Shown in pieces: positions 48,741 through 61,424 of a stretch of DNA of 64,000 nucleotides. The stretch's first letter is position 1, and each line of letters begins with the position of its first letter. The notes beneath the pieces are model-generated. The model was not told where the DNA came from and searched no databases. It worked only from the letters and a program-made list of their open reading frames with translations. Origin of the DNA: Minutocellus sp. GHC0000111 (lineage: Eukaryota). The stretch is taken from contig OZ361259.1 in assembly GCA_977018835.1 (NCBI GenBank), forward strand, positions 2,232,001 through 2,296,000. The letters are read 5' to 3'. Position numbers and translations under genes: made by a program.

Positions 48741-49517
48741 ATGCTCTCCCGTTCCACCTGCATCGCCGTCTTCCTTGCATTCGCCGTGATCGTTGATCAT
48801 TCAGCTGCCTTCACATCGTCGTTCCTCCCGTCCATTCCTCGCACAACCCAAAGATACTCCTCCTCCTCTTCGAGCACATCCCTCAACATGGCCATTGACA
48901 AATTGGATCCCTCCGAGACTGCTCTGGTACTTATTGAGTACCAGAATGAGTTCACCACCGAGGGTGGTGCTCTCTATGAGGCAGTCAAGCCCTGCCTTGA
49001 CAAGTATGGCACCATCGCCAACTCGAAGAAAGCGATGGACTCCGCCCGGATGGCCGGCTGTACCATCATTCATGTGCCCATCGCCTTTGAGGACGGTCAC
49101 AAGGAGATCTCCGGTGACTTTGGAATCCTCCAGGCCATCAAGGAGGGCAAGACCTTCAAGGCCAACGAGTGGGGTTCCGCTTTTTGTGACACGATGAAGC
49201 CCGGCCCGACCGACCTCATCTGCAAGGGCAAGTCCGGCCTTTGCGGCTTCCACTCGACCAACCTGGATTTCCTCCTCCGTCAGAACGGGATCAAGAACGT
49301 CGTCCTCGGTGGATTCCTTACCAACTGCTGCGTCGAGAGTACCATGCGCACTGCCTACGAGCACGGGTACAAGGTCTACACCCTCAAGGATTGCTGTGCC
49401 GCTACATCTGTCGAGGGACAAGAGGCTGCCTTCGAGCATACCTTTGGCATGTTCAGTATCCCGACCACCAGCGACGAGATCATCGGTGCCGTCCAGGGTG
49501 CTACCATTAGCGCTTAG
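48741..49517 (+). CDS. Isochorismatase-family cysteine hydrolase, plastid presequence
   Basis: SAAF presequence; TALVLIEYQNEF, K.GLCGF.STNLD..LR, GFLTNCCVESTMR.AYE.GY. Confidence 0.88.
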   Translation: MLSRSTCIAVFLAFAVIVDHSAAFTSSFLPSIPRTTQRYSSSSSSTSLNMAIDKLDPSETALVLIEYQNEFTTEGGALYEAVKPCLDKYGTIANSKKAMDSARMAGCTIIHVPIAFEDGHKEISGDFGILQAIKEGKTFKANEWGSAFCDTMKPGPTDLICKGKSGLCGFHSTNLDFLLRQNGIKNVVLGGFLTNCCVESTMRTAYEHGYKVYTLKDCCAATSVEGQEAAFEHTFGMFSIPTTSDEIIGAVQGATISA

Positions 49518-49818
49518 ACGAGTAAGTGCATCGCACCAATGAGTAAAAGCAACCGAAATATTTGAAGTGCCACTTAATTGATAACCACTCGAAAGTTGCA
49601 AAGTAGACCGAGTCCACATCACAGTTTTGAGTATTGGAGTCCATACCCTACTAGTCTAGACTACGAGTAGATAGACTCTGTAGCCGTCGTACTGGCACCT
49701 TACTCACAAGATACTGCTACACATCGTTCTTAGATCTAATGCAAATATATCTTATATGTAATTATTTTTGATACACATATCTGGAACATATAAAAAGTGA
49801 CCATCGTGCCTCGATAGC

Positions 49819-52521
49819 TTACTTCTTCCTCCAAAAGGCAAGTTTTGATGTTCGCGATTGCTTCTGTGAAGCCTCATCACTGGCACTACTAGTATTCTCC
49901 TCAAAATCTTCTGTTAATTCCTCATCGATCGGTTGGCAAAAGGTTGCGTCGCCCGTCTTGATGAATGCGACTTGTCCCGGCGTACCGTTCTGACATCTTA
50001 TGCATGTAGTCGATGTACATACGTGAACGTCATGCGCAGAATGCTTGCCACCCAGATCTTTCGAGTTGGCACGAATAAAGCTGCCATCTCTTTCCAGATT
50101 AAAGGCACTATTGGCCCTGCATAGCTCACAGGCAGCCGAAAGGTACCTCCGTCCATCCTTGGTGTAATGGAACTGGCCTAAATGGAAGCTACCCGGCTCA
50201 GAGTCGTAGTTTTGATTGAGGGCATCCTCATCAAGTTCTCCCTCGTCGAATGAATCTAGCGCCAACCCCTTGCTCTCGTCTATTTGTTGTGTTCTTCTTC
50301 TGTGGACAAGCAATGCGAGCAAAGCGATGAAGGCGGCAGCAAGACAAGCCCCAATGATGACCCCCTTCTTATTGTTTTCGTCGTCATCATCACTCTCACC
50401 AATGGGACTTCCCTGAATCTTATTTATAACAGGGGTATCATTGAAAGGAGGCCCAAGCGCTGCGGTCACGTCCTCAAGAGAATCACCAAGATAAGTCACC
50501 TTCTCAACATCGTCGATGGAGTCCGCAAGCTCGCCGCTAGTCATCGAGCCCTCGACGGATGCGAGAACGGCATCCTTGATCACCTCCTCGGATCCGCTTC
50601 CATCATGAAGGACCGTCATCTCGCCCCTGTAGACATAGCAATCGTTACCCGCTGTTTCCGGCTCACAGTCATCTGAAGATCGTCAGAGAGAAAAGAGAAA
50701 GAACTTGTCAGTATCATGCGGATATCACACAAAAATTTATATGGCATAAAGCGCCCGAATAGATGAATACGCATCGCACTTACAAATCGTCAGCTCTGAA
50801 TCAAGTGGTTCCGAGCTGATAGCTCCGACAGATGCATCCGCAACATCGCGGGTCACGCTCTCCAATAGGCCATCCTCGATGGCCGCCGTGAAAGCATCGG
50901 CATCGGCACCGGGCAAAGCTTCAACAGTATAGTAATACTCAACGAGCGTCTCCTCAGGTCCAAGGCTGGCCTTCAGATCGTCCAAGCTCTCGCCGACATA
51001 GGTGACCTTCTCAACATCGTCGATGGAGTCCGCAAGCTCGCCGCTAGTCATCGAGCCCTCGACGGATGCGAGAACGGCATCCTTGATCACCTCCTCGGAT
51101 CCACTTCCATCATGAAGGACCGTCATCTCGCCCTTATAGACATAGCAATCGTTGCCCTTTGTCTCAGCAAAGCACGAATCTGAATAATGCGGATCCCAGA
51201 TATCAATGAAAAATAATATGAGATGTTGGGCGAATCGAATTCGATGCAAATGACCCGCATGCACTCAACAACGCAAAACGCGCATTTGAACAACTTACAC
51301 TCGGTCATTTCCAGATCAACAGGCTCCGAGTTAATGCCACCAACAGATGCATCCGCAACATCGCGGGTCACGCTTTCCAGAATTCCATCCTCAATGGCCG
51401 CCGTGAAGGCATCGGGATCGGCACCGGACTTCGTTTCAACAGTGTAATAGTACTCAACGAGCGTCTCTTCCGGACCGAGGGAAGCCTTGACTTCATCAAA
51501 AGAAGTTCCAAGGTAAACAACATCCTCAACAGTGTCAATTGTCGTGAGAGAGTCATCGCCCATCGTCTCCTGGACAGACTCGAGAACAACGCTTTCTATA
51601 TCGGCCGGATCATCTCCGTCATGATGCATAACGGTCATGTCTCCCTGAATGACAAAACACTTGTTTCCGGCCACTTTTGGAGTACAAGAGACTGTTGGTG
51701 TAGAGTCGGAGGGATAGAAATATGCAACACAAGTTGAAAAAAGAGGTGTGAGAATAACTGATTCCATTTAGCGCACCAAAAGAAGATTGTCCTTCGCGAT
51801 CGATATTCAATTCGACTAACAACAACTTACACTGCGTCAACTCGGTGTCTGCAGGGTCTGAGCTAATAACGGTAATCGATACATCACTTCCCTGAAGGAA
51901 GCGGGGTTTGTTCTTTCGCAAGTTACCCTGCTTTTTATTCTTCAACTTGCGAGTCTCTTCCTCGCAGGGAAGGAAAACATCTCTGGCCACATCCTGAAGA
52001 AGTGCGTTTTCAAGGGGAGGCAAGAATTCATCTGGATTGCCATCGGGAGTAGTCTCGACAGTATAGTAGAAGGTGACCTTCGTCAGAACCTGATTCTCGG
52101 GGGCATCCTCCGGAAGGAGCGGTGCACTGCGGCACAAGTCGGTTTTGGAGATGGTCGTGGCGGCAGCCCAATCAATGGTCGGCGACGTCGTCGGTGTAGC
52201 TGTGGGTTCATTTGTAGTGGGCGATGCCGTCGGAGCAGCTGTGGGTGAAGTACTTGGACTGGATGATGGCCCTGGGGTCGGGGACGTCGTCGGCACAGCG
52301 GTAGGCGATGGCGTAGGATTCGCCGTCGGACAGGGATAGTCGGGCTTGATATCGTTCGACCAGGATTCGGAACAGGGATCCTTCCAAGCGCTGCCAAACT
52401 GGGTGATGTTGAGATAAGGGAGAATACCATCGATGGTGTGACTGGCGTCGGCGAGCTGAACGCTGCTGCCGATGAGGAACACCGCCAGAAGGTAGACGAC
52501 GCTCTTCGCGCTGGAAATCAT
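49819..52521 (-). CDS. Type I membrane protein: signal peptide, PT-rich linker, three tandem extracellular modules, TM, Cys/His-rich tail
   Basis: Four exons joined in frame by phase-1 introns 51830-51692, 51298-51180 and 50783-50673; TM GVIIGACLAAAFIALLALLV followed by RRR. Confidence 0.75.
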
Positions 52522-53085
52522 CGTTGTCAATCTTGCTAATGACCAGCCTTGTACTATTTGTAGAGCAAATTGCTTTGTTGCTTGTCCAGGTGTCAGTACG
52601 CGAGGCAGTGGTGTGAAAGATGCTGGCAAGAGGAGGAAAAGTGAAAGTTACGTCGGGAAGCTGTTTGTTACACTTTCGAGAGAAGTGTAGATTTCGAATA
52701 ACCTATTTCGGTAGTAAGATACTAGATAGTACACCGCGTGACCTCTACTTGGATTGTTTGGTCGGAGGCGGAAGAATGATGGCCACGTCGGCGGCATGGG
52801 CGGATGATCTCATGGACACTTACCGCCTCTCCATCTCGCACTTGAATTTGGGCGATGCAACCGATGCAGAGAGTGCGCGCTGGCGATTTTTGGTACAAAA
52901 AAAACGTAGGTGGAAAAGGCTCCTCAGCGGTTGTGCGATTTTTGCTGAAATTGGGGAATCCCTATTTATGATCCCCTCAAAGATTTTGGATCGGAGTTCT
53001 TCTCGCTCTCGGTCGACGAGCGAGCAGAGCGCATAAAATCCAATCAACACAACATAACAACCAAACAACCAAATCAATAAGAACC

Positions 53086-53783
53086 ATGCTTTCCGTAGCC
53101 CGCCTCACCGCCACCCGCGCTCTCACCAAGACCTGCCCTCGTGCCGCCGCCGCCACTGTCGGCTCGAGGAACATGGTCGGTTTCGCCGATTCCATGAAGA
53201 GCAAGGTGCGTTCTCTCTCTTGATGCCCCGGGCGGAGGATTGATGTCGTCACGTGGAATCTCCGTAGGATCCCGGTACAAAAACTCCGATGGTCTCCGGG
53301 AAGATACTCGGCCGGGCGCACTTGCATAGGTCGGTGCACTTTACTGGATATGTTATTTTCCATTGGAGAGTCCGCTTGCCGCTGTTGGGTTTGGCGATAC
53401 CTCTTTTGCTTTCCTAGCACATCTGGAGTTCTTTTCGGCACCACACCTGCCCGACGCACAGCACAGTATCAGAAAGCCACACATGCACTCACCCTTGCTC
53501 TCTCTCCCTTTGCTCCGACCACGGCCAATTGCAACACGCAAAACAGGAGCGAATCGAGGAGGAGAAATACATCCGCCAAAAGGAGCACGAGGACTACCTC
53601 AAGCGCCGGGCGGAGCAGGTGGACGAGGAGGCCGCCAAGGCCCGCGACGAGGCCCAGAAGGCCCACGACGATGCCATGCACGACACCATCGACGAGCTCT
53701 TTGGAGTTTTGGCCAAGACCGGGGACAAGATCAGCGATATCGGCGTTGAGAACCTTGCCCTTTGGAAGCTCGGAAAGAAGTAA
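53086..53783 (+). CDS. Mitochondrial ATP synthase inhibitor IF1-like protein
   Basis: Presequence; intron 53206-53546; K|ERIEEEKYIRQKEHE resembles the IF1 core. Confidence 0.6.
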
Positions 53784-54357
53784 ATGCAAAAGGAAAGGAA
53801 GGAAATGATGCGTGGAGGAGGAAAATTTGTGATCGGCAAAAGTGGTCGGTCGGATGGGAGAGTTTGTGGTGGCACCGGAGGATGATCTCGTGGATCATCA
53901 GTGTTGTCCACAGCAGTCTATTCGCGCGGATGATTTTGATCATTAAACGAAATGGAGGCCGCGCTATTTGAAGGAATGATTGTGAAGCTCTGAGAGGGAG
54001 GTGATCTGTGGTCGGTAGATCTAAATGTCGGACCGACCGATCGATGATGTCGGTCAGTCAAATTGCTGCGCGTCACCGCTGGCGAGCACAGCACCTACCA
54101 GTACCACACCTTCTCTGCTGAAAGCACATAAGATTCTAGATATTGCCGTTTCCGGTACTTAATGTAGATCAGATCTCTTGCAATCTTATCCAGAGCGGAG
54201 AGAGTCGCCGAGCCGAGCCCCCGGCAATCGGCAGGCTTGAGATGGAGATCGCCTATCCATAATTCGGGCCCCACGGCGTCATGCGTCAGCCGTCCGCTCC
54301 ATGTCCTCGACCACCACCGTCATTGCATTCTTCCTCACGAGTAAGAGGCAAGTCAAG

Positions 54358-55590
54358 ATGAAGTTCCTGCCCATCGCATCTACCTTCATCATGCTTGCGG
54401 CAGCACCTCGATTCACCGCTGCCTTTGTTACGTCCTCCAGGCGCGCCGTGGTGAGCGGCGCCTCTGGCCGTCGGGCGTACTCGGGCTCGGCCCTCTCCAT
54501 GAAGTTGCAGACTGCCATCGTCGGTCTGCCCAACGTTGGCAAGAGTACTCTCTTCAATGCCCTCACTGAAACGCAGGGAGCTGAAGCCGCCAACTATCCC
54601 TTCTGTACGATCGAGCCCAACACTGGTATCGTGGAAGTTCCTGACCCAAGGTTGCAGGTCCTCACGAAGATCAATGAGAGCGAAAAGACAGTACCGGCTA
54701 CATTGGAGTTCGTCGACGTTGCTGGACTTGTGAAGGGTGCGTCTGGCGGCGAAGGCCTTGGCAACCAGTTCCTCGCGACTATCCGTCAGTGCGATGCTAT
54801 CGTGCATGTTGTGCGTTGCTTCGAAGATGATAATGTGATCCACGTCGACGGCAGTGTCGATCCTGTGAGGGATGCCGAGCTTATCAATCTTGAGCTTATT
54901 CTTGCCGATCTCGCTCAGGTCGAGAAGAGGCTTCTCAGAGTCAAGAAGGATCGCAAGGCCGATCCCAAGGAAGCTCAGGCCCTTGAGAAGGTCGCTGCAG
55001 TACTGAACAATGATGAGCCGGCACGTAATGCCGACCTTGACGAAGACGAAGAGAACGCCATCAAGTCGTTTGGTCTCTTGACGCGAAAGAAGATGATTTA
55101 TGCGGCCATTGTAGCCGACACCGATCTCGCCGAGGGCAACGAAATGGTCAATAGGCTTCGGGAACTTGCCGAGAAGGAGGGCGCTGCTACTGTCATTGTT
55201 TCTGCTCAGGTCGAGTCTGAGCTGGTCGAACTCGATGACGAGGACAGACTCGACTTCCTTGAATCGCTCGGTGTAACGCTCGAGGATTGCGGTCTTCGCA
55301 AGCTGGTGAGAGAGGCATACGACCTTCTCCAGCTTCAAACCTGCTTCACTTCTGGACCCACCGAAACTCGGGCATGGACTATCAAGAGGGGGTGGAAGGC
55401 GCCGCAGGCTGCTGGCGTTATCCACAACGACTTTGTGCGGGGTTTCATCCGCGCCGAGACGATCGGGTACGACGACCTTGTCGGTTCTGGAAGCGAGCAG
55501 GAGGCCAAGGCCAAGGGCCTTCTCCGTAGTGAGGGCAAGGACTATGTTGTCCAGGAGGGAGACTGCATTCTTTTCAGATTCAACGTGTAA
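54358..55590 (+). CDS. ychF: Plastid-targeted YchF/OLA1 ATPase
   Basis: [66 protein letters not shown] presequence. Confidence 0.95.
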   Translation: MKFLPIASTFIMLAAAPRFTAAFVTSSRRAVVSGASGRRAYSGSALSMKLQTAIVGLPNVGKSTLFNALTETQGAEAANYPFCTIEPNTGIVEVPDPRLQVLTKINESEKTVPATLEFVDVAGLVKGASGGEGLGNQFLATIRQCDAIVHVVRCFEDDNVIHVDGSVDPVRDAELINLELILADLAQVEKRLLRVKKDRKADPKEAQALEKVAAVLNNDEPARNADLDEDEENAIKSFGLLTRKKMIYAAIVADTDLAEGNEMVNRLRELAEKEGAATVIVSAQVESELVELDDEDRLDFLESLGVTLEDCGLRKLVREAYDLLQLQTCFTSGPTETRAWTIKRGWKAPQAAGVIHNDFVRGFIRAETIGYDDLVGSGSEQEAKAKGLLRSEGKDYVVQEGDCILFRFNV

Positions 55591-55715
55591 TAGTACTATA
55601 TTATTGAAAATAAAGAAGTATAATGCGATTCATTAGAACGAATGTATCTGGAGGCTCTTTCAAAAAAGCTCTACTTTTAGTGGCAGGTTGCTGCGTCTTA
55701 TCAATGTCATTTCAT

Positions 55716-57299
55716 CTATTTTTCGTCATTAGACGGCTTTGCCCAGCCTCCAACGCCACCACTTCCACCAGCGGCATTTTGACTAGGCAAAGAGGATATT
55801 GGGTCTTTTGTGACAGATCCATTCCTGCTCGCTGCTGTACCATCTTCATCAAAACGACTTTTCAATGCCCACAGGCCAAGTGCAGGATTGCTGATATAAA
55901 ATATTTCTTCACTGTCACTGGACCCCTTGACATTAGAGACGCCCACAGCGCTGACCTGATTCCAGCCATCCTTGAGTTTAGCAGGATCACATCGTTGAGT
56001 CATTTCTGTCAGATCTCCATATTGGAAGCCGACACTTTCAATCTCCTCTCTTGATAGATGTCCTGGGCAATATGTTACATGAAAGCGTCCTTCTGAGCTT
56101 CCGTGGATAAGATGTGCCACGGCCGATAAATTTTGTTCCAATTCTGGATTGTCCTTCATGGCCGCCAATACCTTGGGCGCTCCTACGTATCCATATTTGC
56201 GAATGAGACGATCAATCTCAGAATCTTCGCCGAATTCCCGAACTCCTGGGGCAAGCACAATGACCTCCCCTCCATCTGCAATGGCCATCCTTGTACGGTA
56301 GATGGATTTGTTTCCCAACCACGTGGAATGAAATTCATCGCCATCCAAAAATACTACAACCTTCTTCAGTGGTCGTTCCAACAAGGTGAAATTGATTTGT
56401 AAACTAAGTTCACAAGCCAGAGTGTAACATTCGATATCGTTCCCGATGTAAAACCCTCGCATTTCTAGCTCACCACTTTCTGCATTGGTTCCCATCACCG
56501 TAAGGATGTACCACAAATCCAACTCCTTCTGCAGATATTGTTCGCTGGCATAATTCAAAATTGATCGAAGAGGATTGGAGGATCGGCCCATCATGTTTTC
56601 CATTCCATACACAGCACCAATAAAGTGCGATAGGTTGATGGCTTCCACTCCACCGGCACCAACAAACAGATTCTTGTTGAAGTTTGCCATCCCCATCACC
56701 TCGTGAGGCACAACCTGCCCAATGCTCAGCACCAGCGACTTGTGGGCTTGTTTTGTCGGATCACGATGGCGTTTCTCCCACACCAGCTTGTTGAGCTGAG
56801 CCGGCCACTCCTGATCGACCATGCCATTGGTCGCCGAACGCACCATGTCGGCTGGTGCTGTGCCAATGGTAACCACGTCGTTCCTCCAATCATGAACGAC
56901 AAAGGGATCGGGCTTCTTATCGGCCAGTTCGTCGCCGAACATGGATCGAATCTGATGACGAGTCATGGGAGCGTGCGTGCCAAGAGCTGGCAAGATTGTT
57001 ATGTCGGGCTGACTTTCGCTATGCTCTGAGATGATATTTTTAGTCTTTTTTCTTTCGGGACAATCACCACTTGCGTTGGAACTTGTTGTGAAGTTGTAGT
57101 ACTCGGATATGAAGCGAGTGATCTTTCCCGCCTGACTCGGCAATCGAGTGTAGTCTGGCGGAAGGATCAGCACGTCCTCTCGCGGACCCAGCGATTCGAG
57201 AAATGGTAAGAGATGGGATCTGATATCATTGTCAGAGAGAGTCGTATCCTTTGACCCGACGGCGCATACCAGCGACGGCGGTGATGATGATTCGGCCAT
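55716..57299 (-). CDS. LarA (lactate racemase) superfamily alpha-hydroxyacid racemase/epimerase
   Basis: LILPPDYTR, ALGTHAPMT, VHDW, GQVVPHE..G...K, K......IADGGEVIVLAP. Confidence 0.8.
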   Translation of the reverse strand: MAESSSPPSLVCAVGSKDTTLSDNDIRSHLLPFLESLGPREDVLILPPDYTRLPSQAGKITRFISEYYNFTTSSNASGDCPERKKTKNIISEHSESQPDITILPALGTHAPMTRHQIRSMFGDELADKKPDPFVVHDWRNDVVTIGTAPADMVRSATNGMVDQEWPAQLNKLVWEKRHRDPTKQAHKSLVLSIGQVVPHEVMGMANFNKNLFVGAGGVEAINLSHFIGAVYGMENMMGRSSNPLRSILNYASEQYLQKELDLWYILTVMGTNAESGELEMRGFYIGNDIECYTLACELSLQINFTLLERPLKKVVVFLDGDEFHSTWLGNKSIYRTRMAIADGGEVIVLAPGVREFGEDSEIDRLIRKYGYVGAPKVLAAMKDNPELEQNLSAVAHLIHGSSEGRFHVTYCPGHLSREEIESVGFQYGDLTEMTQRCDPAKLKDGWNQVSAVGVSNVKGSSDSEEIFYISNPALGLWALKSRFDEDGTAASRNGSVTKDPISSLPSQNAAGGSGGVGGWAKPSNDEK

Positions 57300-57799
57300 G
57301 ATGCCGCCGATGATGCCTTTGTTCTGCAGAACTGCAGAAATTGTGGATCTTCGGTCGCGGCGCAAGATTTCTCCTTCTTTGCTTCTTCGCTTCTTTTTCC
57401 TCTCTTTCTTTCCCTTTTCGATTTCGTCTTTCCGTCGACCAAGTGCAGCTCATAACCCGTTCTGGGCTCCTCTCCCTCGTCCCACTTCATCGCGAGCAGG
57501 TAAGAAGACAATGGTGGAACGGCCGCTCTGGCGCAGCAGCTGATGACGGTTGAGGAAATATTACCACCCAAAGAGACTTTCGAGTGTGGCTGTGTTCCAG
57601 CAGCAATTTCTTGGTTTCAGGCCAGACGTCGGAATTCACTTCCATCACCCACATTTCTTGACTGCATGACTTTAGTAATCCGGTAACTCACCACATCTCT
57701 CCTTGCCCTCACCACTCCTCCCCAAATCAACAGAGAATTCTTCTCGTCCCGTCATCACTCGGTTGAAGCACCTTTCATTCTTCCTTTTACTTCGTAACC

Positions 57800-58492
57800 A
57801 TGTCCAACAAGCTTAACTCGGCCCTCCTTGACAAGGCTGTCACCGACATCCTTGCCTTCTCCAGCGGTGAGACCATCACCAAGGCCGGAGAGGAGCTCAA
57901 GGGCAAGAAGCGCAACTTCGTCGAGACCGTCGAGTGCCAGATCACCCTCAAGAACTACGACCCCACTCGTGAGAAGCGTTTCTCCGGAACCTTCAAGCTC
58001 CCCACCGTCCCCCGCCCCAACCTCAAGTGCTGCGTCCTCGGTAACGCCGTCCATTGCGAGCAGGCCGACCGCATCGGCGTCGACCACATGAGCGTTGAGG
58101 ACCTCAAGAAGCTCAACAAGAACAAGAAGCTCGTCAAGAAGCTTGCCAAGCGTTACGACTTCTTCCTCGCCTCCGACAACATGATCAAGCAGATCCCCCG
58201 TCTCCTCGGCCCCGGTCTTACCAAGGCCGGCAAGTTCCCCACCCTCCTCTCCTCCAAGGATGACATGCAGGAGAAGATCGACGAGGTCAAGTCCACCATC
58301 AAGTTCCAGATGAAGAAGGTCATGTGCCTCAGCGTCTCCGTCGGCAACGTCGACATGGACAAGCAGGAGATCGTCGTCAACACCCAGCTCGCTTGTAACT
58401 TCCTCGCCTCGCTTCTCAAGAAGCAGTGGCAGAACATTGGCCAGATCTACCTCAAGTCCACCATGGGCCCCTCCCAGCAGATCTTCTTCTAA
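57800..58492 (+). CDS. RPL10A: 60S ribosomal protein L10a (uL1)
   Basis: [57 protein letters not shown]. Confidence 0.97.
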   Translation: MSNKLNSALLDKAVTDILAFSSGETITKAGEELKGKKRNFVETVECQITLKNYDPTREKRFSGTFKLPTVPRPNLKCCVLGNAVHCEQADRIGVDHMSVEDLKKLNKNKKLVKKLAKRYDFFLASDNMIKQIPRLLGPGLTKAGKFPTLLSSKDDMQEKIDEVKSTIKFQMKKVMCLSVSVGNVDMDKQEIVVNTQLACNFLASLLKKQWQNIGQIYLKSTMGPSQQIFF

Positions 58493-59034
58493 GCTGTTGG
58501 CGGTGTCTTTTCCCTCGTGGATATCGTGCGTAGCATCTGGACGTCGGAGGTCGGTATCGTGGTGGAAGCGACGGCATGTTATATGTGTCGGAGCGATGGG
58601 TTCTCTCTCTTGAGTTCTTGAAATTTGGTCTTTTCTGTTTCATGGAAGAAGGAAATATGGTCGGTTGTGTTGCTTGGATGTTGGACTGTTGAGTATTTTG
58701 TCGGGGAATCGCTTGATTACCTGGCAGAGTATTCATCGTTACATTCTGTATCATAGCTAATATATTTCTTAGAGATAGAGTTTACCATTACGTTGAACTT
58801 GTGTGAATGTATCGGTTGTACAGCATGCACGTAGTATCTCACATTTCATCAAGCAAAAAGCAGAAATATATTTCTCAGTTGAAATGGCCGAGATACGGAA
58901 TGTGAAGGAACTAAATGTGAAGTATATTGCTATTACTATGTAGAGTGCTTATGAGTGCTATGTCGTGATAGCTAGCTTTCTGAGTGGGTTGGTCGAGTCG
59001 TCTCGTTGTTAATCCTCTCTCTCAAAAACTGGCA

Positions 59035-59604
59035 CTATCGCCACATCTTGATGCCATTTCCCTTCCATACCGTCTCGGTCTCTTCTCGCAATACTGGCCT
59101 CGTTGCCAACCCCACCTTGATGTTCTCGGGCTGTTCGATCCATATCTTGTACTCGACATTGGCATCGTCCAACCGTTCGGCGATCTTTTCCAACCATGCC
59201 TCGTTCTTGGCCTTCCAGGTCACCTTGCGCATATTGTCGAGCTCTTGAAGATACGTCTGTGTTTGGGCCATGTGTCGGTAGGTTTCGATTGCTGCCACGG
59301 AGACATGTGCCCCCTGGGTAATCATTGGTCCTGTTCCCCATGTGTCGAGTAGATCGCCTCGCAATACAATGTGTTGGGCGTAGCTGGTGGGCGTTGTGGC
59401 TGTTGCGTCGCTGTCGGCGGCGGGCGAAGAAGATGATGCGTCGCCGGCGTTATTTTCAGCTGAAGATGACATGTGAAGTGCCGAAGTCTTTGCGGTGATT
59501 CTGTGTGCGGGTAGCGTTGTGCGTAAGTCGTGGCTGGTCAGTGCAAGGGCGAAGGAACAACAACGAAGCATCATCATATTGTATGTCGTGCGTGGTTGTG
59601 GCAT
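59035..59604 (-). CDS. PTRHD1-like peptidyl-tRNA hydrolase 2 family protein
   Basis: QHIVLRGDL...W..G.MITQGAH, MRKV, WIEQPENI...LATRP; N-terminal targeting-like extension, start uncertain. Confidence 0.85.
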   Translation of the reverse strand: MPQPRTTYNMMMLRCCSFALALTSHDLRTTLPAHRITAKTSALHMSSSAENNAGDASSSSPAADSDATATTPTSYAQHIVLRGDLLDTWGTGPMITQGAHVSVAAIETYRHMAQTQTYLQELDNMRKVTWKAKNEAWLEKIAERLDDANVEYKIWIEQPENIKVGLATRPVLREETETVWKGNGIKMWR

Positions 59605-60045
59605 GCTGATGAAGACATCGTTGCGATTGCGTGCGAGAGAGAGGTGCGATCGACGATGATTGAGTCGGCGCCGAGATGCGAGGTTTGGTAAAAAGTGCTT
59701 GGAAAGAGGAAGGTTCTTTACAATAACAACAATGATCAATTTTTTACAAGCAAACAAACGCTTTATTTTCCCCCCTAAAAAGCTGCATAGAATTTTTAAG
59801 GACGAGCTTCACTTGTTTATCATTCGCGATGGACCTCGCAACTCGACCACCCTATTTGCCCACCGTGGAACAGAGCGATTTTCGGAAACAAAACCACGAA
59901 AAAATGTAAAAAACAGCCCCCTGTCAGCTCAATCAGTTTCCGTCATTTTTGTACGCATAAAAACGGTTTTTATCGCCTCTCACAACCTGTCACAACTCAA
60001 CGCATTCGACACCATCGATGCCAGTCCCAGACCCCCCCAGCAACC

Positions 60046-60845
<800 letters not shown>

Positions 60846-61424
60846 GCGCCCTCCTCCCGCGTTCCCCACGTGCCCTCCGTCCTTTCTGCGCGTCACTCCC
60901 CCCTTCCTCGTCTTTTCACCATCTACACACCTTTTGCGTTCGATGTGCCTCATTTGGGTTTGGAGGCATGCAAAAGTGTGATGTGATGTGAATAAGAGAG
61001 GGTTGGGTGTCTGTGCACAAGGACTGGGGTATCGTGGAGCGGGTCGAGTACACATATGTTCACCAAGGATAGCCGGAAGAGGAGGAGGAGAATTAGTAGC
61101 AAAGGAGGCCTCCGTGGCGTGCCTTTGTTTGTTCATGTTAGAAAATAATGTATGCGATTGCGTAAGAGTTTTTTTATCCCCCTCCGAGCGCCGAGATTTA
61201 GTTCCTCGGCTTTTTCCCTCGGTGGTGGCTTTGGGGACGCTCGCGTTATTATTGTATACCTGTGCATATCAAAAGATGAGTGGATGGGGTCTACTAGGAG
61301 TAGCACGGAAACGGTTGGATCGTTGTAATGTAATTCTAGTAGCTCTCATTGCCGACAAAAATTCCATACGTATGTGTACCAGGTATCTGGGTAGTCCCAA
61401 TTTGCATATTACTCAAAGTGCTAC

